Virus record (IMG/VR): IMGVR_UViG_3300031718_000014 | Coordinates: 1 to 56,329 of that record | Reading direction: 5' to 3' (one strand) | Length of the DNA: 56,329 bases | DNA from: a virus | Lineage: Duplodnaviria > Caudoviricetes | In this document: positions 34,948-42,287 of the stretch, piece after piece | Numbering within the stretch: position 1 is the stretch's first letter | Layout of the letters: the number at the start of each line of letters is the position of its first letter | Translations under genes and position numbers: made by a program | The notes under the pieces: generated by a model | Database searches by the model: none | The model's input: the letters and a program-made list of their open reading frames with translations, nothing else | Told to the model about the DNA's origin: nothing

Positions 34948-36486
34948 CTATTTTTCAAGGGAAGCCCAATTATTTGCAAACGCCACATGGACTCCGATAG
35001 GAACGACCAGAGGGTAAGCCGTTTCCATGATCTCTTTGACCTCGTTCCCGGCATAGGTCTTCAGGAAGTCGTGGTCAGTCAGCTCGAACAGCAATTCGTC
35101 GTGGACTTCCAGTATGGGCTCCAACCGGAACTCACTGAAGTCCCGCCAGAACTCCAATAGCCACTGCCAGATACGAGCTTCCATGATCTTCTTCAGACAG
35201 TGAGCACTCGACTGCACTACGTGAGTAAAGCTCTGACGTTCGGCCTCCGTTTTCAGCGACTCAATGGCCGAATGGATGTTAGGCAGGTATCTGATCCGGC
35301 CAAACATGTCTTTCACGTAACCGTGACGGCGGCAGAACTCCATCTCCTTCTTCTGCCACGCACGGACACCGGAATAGATGTCCAGCCACGATTCTATCAG
35401 CCAGTCACACTCTTCGACGGTACGCGGGTCGCCACCCAGCTCCTGGTACTTGTCGAACTGAGCGGACAGACCCACCCCAGTGATGCCGTTGCAGATTCCA
35501 AACCCGGTACGTTTGGCTGGACCACGGTGCTTGTTCTTGTCTACCTTGCTGACTGGGATCTTGAATATCTCCGCTGCGGTCTCAGTATGAATATCCTTGC
35601 CCGAATGGAACATGTCGATTAACTTAGCGTCACCTGACAGGTGTGCCGTCACCCGGAGAAACCACTGATCCAAGTCGAACGTCCCTAGAACACAACCCTC
35701 CGGTGCAATGAACCCTCTGCGAATCTCCTTCCCGATCTCACTAGCCACAGGGATAGCCAACAGGTTAGGATCGTAAGCAGCGGTCTGACCGTTAGGTGAC
35801 GAAGTGAGAGAGAAGCGGGAATAGATGCGACTGTCATCGTGGACCCACGGTAGCATTCCGTCCACGTAAGTTCCTTTGAGTTTCTGCAATTCCCGATAGT
35901 CTAGGATCATGGGAACGATGGGGTGCTTCTTGCGATTGCCTTGCAGAGCTTTCTCGTCCGTGGACTCTCTCTTCCGGCTCTTTGTCATTCTGGTAGTGGT
36001 CAGGCCCAGCTTCTTGTAAAGTAGATCTGCCACCTGATCCCCGGAGTTGGGATTAATGTGCCCCATTTCAACGTGTTCCCCGACTAGGGAGTCGATCTCA
36101 CCACCCTTGATCTCCAGTAGCGCATCCAGGTACTCACCAAATTGATGGAAGTGTTGGGGATCGACCATGGTCCCATTGCGGTGCATCCGTTCGTAGTAGG
36201 GGATTACAGCGAGGTCTATCTCTTCCACTCTTCCCAGATCCAGACCACTATGTGCGCGACTAAGTTCAGGATAAATGCGACAAGTACAATCCGCATCGCG
36301 AGCAGCATAACGAACCGCCTTGTTTAACGGGATGTCGTCTAAAGTTGCGGACGGGATCGTGCCCCAAGCGGCTTCAATGTCCTTGCAACGGTCTGGGAAG
36401 TCCGCTCTAATCTTCTCCCAGATCCCTTTCGGATTTTCTGAGACAATGGCGTTTTGGATTCTTCTGGCCAGTGATTGCTTACCCAA
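34948..36486 (-). CDS. Family A DNA polymerase (ExoIII motif plus polymerase domain), divergent active site
   Basis: YAARDAD, INPNSGDQV, YRELQKLKGTY, GKEIRRGF, GYVKDMFGRIR, VHDELLFE; GAGGT then TTG. Confidence 0.9.
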   Translation of the reverse strand: MGKQSLARRIQNAIVSENPKGIWEKIRADFPDRCKDIEAAWGTIPSATLDDIPLNKAVRYAARDADCTCRIYPELSRAHSGLDLGRVEEIDLAVIPYYERMHRNGTMVDPQHFHQFGEYLDALLEIKGGEIDSLVGEHVEMGHINPNSGDQVADLLYKKLGLTTTRMTKSRKRESTDEKALQGNRKKHPIVPMILDYRELQKLKGTYVDGMLPWVHDDSRIYSRFSLTSSPNGQTAAYDPNLLAIPVASEIGKEIRRGFIAPEGCVLGTFDLDQWFLRVTAHLSGDAKLIDMFHSGKDIHTETAAEIFKIPVSKVDKNKHRGPAKRTGFGICNGITGVGLSAQFDKYQELGGDPRTVEECDWLIESWLDIYSGVRAWQKKEMEFCRRHGYVKDMFGRIRYLPNIHSAIESLKTEAERQSFTHVVQSSAHCLKKIMEARIWQWLLEFWRDFSEFRLEPILEVHDELLFELTDHDFLKTYAGNEVKEIMETAYPLVVPIGVHVAFANNWASLEK

Positions 36487-37481
36487 TTATGCACCTCAAT
36501 TAGCCACTGAATCTTCTTCTCTTTGTCCGCTTCCCCGATCACGTCTTCGTAATCGTCCTGAACCATCCCGCATAGCCTGCGACTGAGTGGCTTGAGTCCC
36601 TGTGGAAACAAACACAGGTGGTATGCTTTAACCATGGTGTCGGTGAACCGGAACCCCTCTATTCCCATGGAACGCAGAACGGCAATGTCGTGGAAAGCGT
36701 TGTGTAATACGACTGTGACTCCATTCCATTTTACATAGTCAGCAATAGCACTAAGCCATTCCTTGTCGCTTGCCAGAACCACGTATCCTTCTCCGATACC
36801 AAAAGTAAAACTCAATCCCCATGGTTTCTCTGCCGATCCCTCGGTGTCCATGTAGATTAGAGTAGGGTTCTTCCTGCCATGGAAGATCAAACTGAACAGT
36901 TCTCTAGAGTAATCCGTGAGTAACATGTACTGAGGATCAGGGCAAGTGTCGATCAAGTGGTCTGCACTACCAGACGCTCCCCGAACCATCCGGCAGAACG
37001 CTTGGAAGTCCGACCAGACTAGCGGAGTCATGCTAGCCGAATGGAGTCCGAACGCGGGATGGTACAGGGGCATCATGCGGAAACGGCCCTGTGACGAGAC
37101 GAACGGCAGACCGTGACTCCAGTCCATCTCCAGATCGCCCCCAAGGAAGTAACGCGCTGCGAAACGGCCTACTAGACCAATGTACTTGGGTCGGACGGTC
37201 TTCAACTCTTCGATCAGGAAGTGTTCATCCCGTCTGATCTCGTCCGGTGTGGGGTCTGGATTCCCCTTCAGGAAGTCTTTGCACAGATTAGTGCAATACA
37301 CATCGTCCCGATGGATGCCGCCTTCCAAGAGGTAACGGTCCAGTTCCTTGCCCGACTTCCCGCAGAAGGGGTAACCGCGACGGGACTCCTCTTCTCCCGC
37401 ACGTTCTCCCAAAATAAGTACATCACATGGCACGGGGCCACGTCCCCAGACGTACTTTAGTTGACTTGGTTTCGTTTCCAT
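36339..37481 (-). CDS. Uracil-DNA-glycosylase-like domain fused to 3'-5' exonuclease (ExoI/II); N-terminal half of the split polymerase
   Basis: GERAGEEE..GYPFCGKSG, YCTN, YHPA; MDTE, HNAFHD, DTMV. Confidence 0.85.
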   Translation of the reverse strand: METKPSQLKYVWGRGPVPCDVLILGERAGEEESRRGYPFCGKSGKELDRYLLEGGIHRDDVYCTNLCKDFLKGNPDPTPDEIRRDEHFLIEELKTVRPKYIGLVGRFAARYFLGGDLEMDWSHGLPFVSSQGRFRMMPLYHPAFGLHSASMTPLVWSDFQAFCRMVRGASGSADHLIDTCPDPQYMLLTDYSRELFSLIFHGRKNPTLIYMDTEGSAEKPWGLSFTFGIGEGYVVLASDKEWLSAIADYVKWNGVTVVLHNAFHDIAVLRSMGIEGFRFTDTMVKAYHLCLFPQGLKPLSRRLCGMVQDDYEDVIGEADKEKKIQWLIEVHNWVSNHWPEESKTPLSQKIRKGSGRRLERTSQTVARTLKPLGARSRPQL

Positions 37482-37945
37482 GTTCGTATCGCGTGACAGT
37501 TGGCACAGACAATCTCACACTTCTCCAGCTCTCTTTCGATGGTTCTCCAGCCAGTTCCCAAGAGTCTGCCGATATTGTCTCGTTTATCTCTTATGTGATC
37601 GAAGTGCATTACGTAGTGAGGAAAGTTACCGCCACAATCGGAGCAAGGGGTCACTTCCTTGAGAGCCTTGAGGTATTCCCTTATCTTTGCAGACCTTCTG
37701 TTGGCCTTCTCCCGCATGTTCTTGCGACCGCGAGGAGTTTTTCTCCACATCCTCTGGTAAGCTAGCTGATTCTCTTTTCTCTGTTCTGGAGAGAGTGTGC
37801 TTTTTGGTCTAAGTCCCATTAATCTAGCGTTAGCTCTATGCCCGGCAGAACGTCCGAAACATTGACTGGAACAGAATCTTCGGTTAGGTGCTCTACTAGT
37901 GAACTCACACCCACACTGTTCACACTTATAATTGAACGATCTCAT
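37457..37945 (-). CDS. HNH endonuclease
   Basis: CEQC..FCSSQC; CSDC...HFDH...CEIVCANCH. Confidence 0.88.
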   Translation of the reverse strand: MRSFNYKCEQCGCEFTSRAPNRRFCSSQCFGRSAGHRANARLMGLRPKSTLSPEQRKENQLAYQRMWRKTPRGRKNMREKANRRSAKIREYLKALKEVTPCSDCGGNFPHYVMHFDHIRDKRDNIGRLLGTGWRTIERELEKCEIVCANCHAIRTWKRNQVN

Positions 37946-38679
37946 TTGCCATCCATCAGCGCTTTGGTCACCTTGGCCGCAATCCCCTTGCCTATCCCTT
38001 CGATCTGTTCCCACTCATCCTGATTGGCCAGTACCATCTCCACCACGCTGCCAAAATGCGCTGCCACTGCCTTGCTCTTAGTCCACCCGATATTCGGCAG
38101 TTCCGCTGCGATCCGGCGAGTCAGGTTGGGCTTAATCAGGATCTCGCTATCAACCTGAGCTTCGTCAAATGCCAGATGGGAGCGGTGCTCTTCCCACTCT
38201 TTTCCGGTCCACCACGAATGAAGATCAGCAATGTAGCGGGCAGTTTCAAGGCGTGATAATGTTCGTCGGACTCGAACGCCACCTCGCGTCTCCATAGTAG
38301 TAAGCCAGTGGTCCAGATCGCGGTAGAGGAATCTCCTGCTGCCCAGAGACAAAGGCTCCATCCGCTTCCCTTTGCGATACATGAGTAGTCCTGTTTCGTA
38401 ATCACACGAGAACTGGCCTTCCAAGACAAGCCACACGCGACCATAGTTCTTAATGAGTCCGGGCAACTGACGACCAGCAAATCGTCCATCGCAAATAGAA
38501 TTGAGGCAGTCCCTGATCTTCTTGATCTCAATTCCCACCTCCATGGTGCTGCCGTTGGGACCGTTGCCCTTTATAGCCGCGTCACCGTAATCCAATCGGC
38601 AGAGAGTGAACGGGACTCTCCACTTCTCGAAAAACACAGAGAGATCACCTGAACCTATTCTGTTATCAAGGCGAATCAC
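37942..38679 (-). CDS. ERCC4/XPF-like nuclease with HhH motif (possible resolvase)
   Basis: LDNR, LDYGD, IEIKKIRDCLNSICDGRF, LVLEG, IEGIGKG. Confidence 0.85.
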   Translation of the reverse strand: MIRLDNRIGSGDLSVFFEKWRVPFTLCRLDYGDAAIKGNGPNGSTMEVGIEIKKIRDCLNSICDGRFAGRQLPGLIKNYGRVWLVLEGQFSCDYETGLLMYRKGKRMEPLSLGSRRFLYRDLDHWLTTMETRGGVRVRRTLSRLETARYIADLHSWWTGKEWEEHRSHLAFDEAQVDSEILIKPNLTRRIAAELPNIGWTKSKAVAAHFGSVVEMVLANQDEWEQIEGIGKGIAAKVTKALMDGK

Positions 38680-38843
38680 TTCGATACCTCGTGAGGACAA
38701 AACCCGAAGAAGCCTCTTGCTAAATTGCAGTACCTGAGCACGTAACTTACGAGCACGCGCTCTGCTCCAATTCCTGAAGTAAGCTTTGGACTTCTCTGGG
38801 TTTTCCCTTCGCCATTACGTCGTCTTTGTTCTAGTGTTGACAC
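38676..38843 (-). pseudogene. Decayed, internally deleted HNH endonuclease
   Basis: WRRENPEKSKAYFRNWSRARARKLRAQVL and CNLARGFFGFCPHE in different frames match the N- and C-termini of the HNH at 8188-8703. Confidence 0.7.
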
Positions 38844-38857
38844 TAACTTTCTCCCAG

Positions 38858-39052
38858 TCACCAGTGATTCCACCAGAGCATATAGAACCAGTTACAGATC
38901 GCTCCCAGTAGCGTCTTGTGCCCGTGACAGCACTGGTACTCGGGAGTGAACGCACTAACCGGCAGACCATCCCAGTCAAAGCACCAGTGGCATCCCGGAC
39001 CGCGTAGCACCTTGCCGCGCCAATGCAAACAATCCTTCTCCCAATCGGTCAC
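38858..39052 (-). CDS. Small Trp/Cys-rich hypothetical protein
   Basis: GGGAG SD then GTG. Confidence 0.6.
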   Translation of the reverse strand: MTDWEKDCLHWRGKVLRGPGCHWCFDWDGLPVSAFTPEYQCCHGHKTLLGAICNWFYMLWWNHW

Positions 39053-39094
39053 TGTCTGGCTCTCCCTACACGTAGTCCAGTGCTTCGCACTGCC

Positions 39095-39358
39095 CTACTC
39101 ACTCTCTGCTCCCACTACTTCACGCACTCTGGCTTTGTCGTAGATTTCTCCAACTCTCTCTACCAGACTGGCAATGAACTCCCGGTCCATAGTATCTATG
39201 TGTTCGTGTTCCACGTCGTAAACCACGCAGACTAGATTCGCACACTCAGGACACTTCTCTACGGCTTCCTTCTCCAGAACGTCGGCTTTGGTAGGGATAG
39301 TGGCCAGCAGTTCGGCAATATCGTTCAGTTCGTATTCGGTCAGTTGGAAGTCCCTCAT
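39095..39358 (-). CDS. Hypothetical protein
   Basis: ATGA-coupled. Confidence 0.6.
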   Translation of the reverse strand: MRDFQLTEYELNDIAELLATIPTKADVLEKEAVEKCPECANLVCVVYDVEHEHIDTMDREFIASLVERVGEIYDKARVREVVGAESE

Positions 39359-40137
39359 CGCCATTGATCCTCCGTCGTGTCAGGAAACACTAACTGGCCT
39401 ATAGTGGCGAAGTTATTCAATTCCCCCTGGTAGTCCTCTCCATCTAGTTCCGGGTTCATCCCGCATGAAATCACAGTGCTATGATAACGGTCCGGTATAG
39501 GTTCCTTGTCATCTACCCAGTGTTGCACCACTAAATCACATTCATAGACCATCTTGCCCCAACCCTCCAGCACCATCTCTCCGGTAGGCTCGCTCTTCTT
39601 AGTCTCTTTGATGTACTGGTATTCCCGCTTCATCCTGTGTGTGAACACGACATTAGCATTGCTGTTACGAGCTAGATCGACCCACATCTTCATCTCCCGG
39701 TTGACCGGACCGTATTCGCGTTCCAGCACTTTCTCAGTCCGTCCGAAGCTGGCTAGGCGAGCAATCTCGTACAGTTCCGCTGCTCCGTCTACTGCTACGG
39801 TGCGAGCCTCGCCAAGAGCTTGAATGTAGTCAGTCCGCATCTGTTGCAATTGAGCGTCTGCAGCTTCTGATACTTCCTTGGCGGAGTTCCCGTTCGACCG
39901 GATGCCTGTGAACGCTTTGCGGTAGCGTGCCACGTAGATTTCCTTTTCCTTCTGGAAGCCCTTAATGGCCCGGTGAATCCCGTCGTCAATGTCGATCACA
40001 GCAATGGGCGGCGGCCCGGTCAAGTACCAGTGGGTCTTGCCACACTTCTGCATGGCTTGGGTGCAAACGATTAGGCGGGCCGGAATGTCAATGCCAGCCC
40101 GGATAAAACCGCTCTCACTACGTTTCTGTGACGCCAC
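39355..40137 (-). CDS. AAA/RecA-like ATPase (Sak4/AAA_24-like)
   Basis: AMQKCGKT Walker A, VIDID, VAVDG Walker B, NVVFTH. Confidence 0.75.
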   Translation of the reverse strand: MASQKRSESGFIRAGIDIPARLIVCTQAMQKCGKTHWYLTGPPPIAVIDIDDGIHRAIKGFQKEKEIYVARYRKAFTGIRSNGNSAKEVSEAADAQLQQMRTDYIQALGEARTVAVDGAAELYEIARLASFGRTEKVLEREYGPVNREMKMWVDLARNSNANVVFTHRMKREYQYIKETKKSEPTGEMVLEGWGKMVYECDLVVQHWVDDKEPIPDRYHSTVISCGMNPELDGEDYQGELNNFATIGQLVFPDTTEDQWR

Positions 40138-40279
40138 GTCGTATCTCCCGTCTGGACATCCACCGTTGCCCACAGCCGCAATAACACAGGTGTTTTCCCC
40201 TGTGTCCGTGATTCAGACAGCATCTGTATTCTAGTGTGCCGCGATCTCTCACGGCCTTGCATTTACGTTTTGGTGCCAC
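40118..40279 (-). CDS. Small Cys/His protein
   Basis: C..C.L..GH.G.H motif, AAGGAG upstream. Confidence 0.5.
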   Translation of the reverse strand: MAPKRKCKAVRDRGTLEYRCCLNHGHRGKHLCYCGCGQRWMSRREIRRGVTET

Positions 40280-40871
40280 TACGTTTCTCCTTCTCCATCG
40301 CTCGGGCATTGGCAGTGATTAACCGCCAGTTGTCTTCTAGTTCCCTGTCAGTGAACTCCACATCGAACTGCTTTACCTGAGGTCCGCTGTCCGCGTAGTT
40401 CCCGTTCACGAAGAACACTCGCAGACTCACCCGGTTGAGTTTCATCATCCAGCAGTACGCTTTGACCTGGACAAACCACGACCAGAAGTCCGTCTCTATG
40501 CTACGGCGGCTGGACCTCCAAGTGGCTTTGGTCTCGTCTATCGCCATCCCGGTTAGCTCCAGTCCATCCGGTGTCCCCACTATCCCATCCAACTCAATCT
40601 CCCCGGTACGAACGTATTCCCCACCGAAGATAGGGGTAAGAGACTGGGCGAGTAAGTCTTCCCATGCGTACCCAACGCTCACGTAGTTCCCCATGCGCTT
40701 CTTCTCGTTAGGGGAAAGGTCCTCGTAAGGCTTCCTCTGACCACGATGTATCACTCGATTGTCCACCCAACGCAAAATCTCACTTATGTGAACTTTGTCA
40801 GTTGAACGATCCCCTCTTCGTCCAGAAAGAACAAGGGGGTCTAGTTCAATTAGTCGTTCGACTATTTTCAT
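40263..40871 (-). CDS. PD-(D/E)XK (Cas4-like) exonuclease
   Basis: HISE, GTPDGL, DETKAT, QVKAY. Confidence 0.82.
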   Translation of the reverse strand: MKIVERLIELDPLVLSGRRGDRSTDKVHISEILRWVDNRVIHRGQRKPYEDLSPNEKKRMGNYVSVGYAWEDLLAQSLTPIFGGEYVRTGEIELDGIVGTPDGLELTGMAIDETKATWRSSRRSIETDFWSWFVQVKAYCWMMKLNRVSLRVFFVNGNYADSGPQVKQFDVEFTDRELEDNWRLITANARAMEKEKRSGTKT

Positions 40872-41388
40872 GCGGACAAACTCCACCGTTATATTCCATT
40901 CCACAGTTACAGTTGTAACAACGAGGCTCGAAACCATCAGGGAATCCGTTGTTTTTCAACCATTGGTATATGTCCTTCTTTATCTGTCTGCGGTGTTCAG
41001 CTCCATCATTGTTGATGTGATGAATCGTTAAGAAACCAAACTCAGTTTCTCCACAACAAGCACAGACCCCACCATAGTGTTCAATTACTAGTTTGCGGAG
41101 TCTCTTTCTATAGTTTCTAGAAAGACGATTGACAATCTCGCGGTGTGTTACCTGATACTCCTTACGATGCACCTGCTGCCACGCTAAGTAATACTCCTTG
41201 TGTTTCGCTCTCCATTGCCGCGCTAATTCGGCATGTCTTCCAGGATGTTCCTTTCTCCACTTTCTTGAGCGCTCCCTTTCTTTTTCTCTCGCTGCCTCAC
41301 TTACATGCAGCTTGTCTGTAGAGCGGTCCACACGACTGCGAGACATGACTAACGGGTCTAAATCGATGGACCGCTCTACGAGACGCAT
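40846..41388 (-). CDS. HNH endonuclease fused to a 31-aa duplicate of the exonuclease N-terminus
   Basis: CACCGE...LTIHHI...CYNCN..CPH; N-terminus MRLVERSIDLDPLVMSRSRVDRSTDKLHVSE. Confidence 0.88.
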   Translation of the reverse strand: MRLVERSIDLDPLVMSRSRVDRSTDKLHVSEAAREKERERSRKWRKEHPGRHAELARQWRAKHKEYYLAWQQVHRKEYQVTHREIVNRLSRNYRKRLRKLVIEHYGGVCACCGETEFGFLTIHHINNDGAEHRRQIKKDIYQWLKNNGFPDGFEPRCYNCNCGMEYNGGVCPHENSRTTN

Positions 41389-41393
41389 TGCGA

Positions 41394-42257
41394 TCACTCT
41401 GCCGCTGTAATGAACTCGCCGTCGATCACCCACGGCGCATCAGCCTGTTCCAGAAAATCGTTCTGAACCACGTACTTGATTAGTTCCTTCCTGTGCGTGG
41501 CCTTGGGAGCGGCTTGGAACGCAGCCATTCCCAGCCGCTTGACTTCGATGGGACCATCTGCCTTGGCCAGTGCAGCGACCACGGCTTCAATGGCTTCAGT
41601 ATTCAACTCGTCCGTATCTCCGTTGCTAGAAGGGGATGCAGCGGTCGCAGTAGTCGTTCTCGCACCAGCCGAACTCGCCGCACGAGACGCACCAACGGAT
41701 GACGCTTTTCCCTTTCCCCTTGCTTCCCATGGGAGTGAATGGATCTTGGTGAACACTCCAATGGGCTTGTTCCCTCCCTCCAGTCCTTCCCTCTTCTTCT
41801 TCGGTGCAATCGCGTTCATGTGACCCCGGAGTCCCACCGCAGTCTGAAACCCTTCATCCCGCAGCTTGTCTTCTGGGAACCCTTGATCGACCAGGGCTCC
41901 GAGAAATAGGTAGGCATTGCAGCTATTATTCAGCCCAGTCGCGCTGCTTCCCTCTGCCGGGTAGAAGCACGCTCCGTCGTCAGACGGAACGATCTTACTC
42001 AGATCGCCAGCGGAGTAGTATTGCTCGTGTTCAGTCCCATCGTCGTCCTTCAATTTAACCAGAAGGAACGCGCTGGGTTCCTGACTGCCGTTATAGTCCC
42101 ACGTGGTCGCGGTCATCTCCATGATGGTGGTGTCCACGTTGTCCGGTGCGCCGCCGCCTGAGACTGCGTCTGACGGTGCAACACTGATCGGTTTGCGGTC
42201 CTTACTGCCTGAGCCCGACTTCCCTTTCACAACGCTTGGCTTGCCAAGTGGCGACAT
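41394..42257 (-). CDS. Putative ssDNA-binding/replication protein
   Basis: Position between helicase and exonuclease; beta-rich domain plus Ala/Ser linker. Confidence 0.5.
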   Translation of the reverse strand: MSPLGKPSVVKGKSGSGSKDRKPISVAPSDAVSGGGAPDNVDTTIMEMTATTWDYNGSQEPSAFLLVKLKDDDGTEHEQYYSAGDLSKIVPSDDGACFYPAEGSSATGLNNSCNAYLFLGALVDQGFPEDKLRDEGFQTAVGLRGHMNAIAPKKKREGLEGGNKPIGVFTKIHSLPWEARGKGKASSVGASRAASSAGARTTTATAASPSSNGDTDELNTEAIEAVVAALAKADGPIEVKRLGMAAFQAAPKATHRKELIKYVVQNDFLEQADAPWVIDGEFITAAE

Positions 42258-42287
42258 ATTGGTGGTTCCTCTCTTTTGTTTTGAATT

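Noticed and set aside
40263-40871. CRISPR-associated Cas4
   Set aside because: No Fe-S cysteines, cas genes or array; it is a stand-alone phage PD-(D/E)XK nuclease
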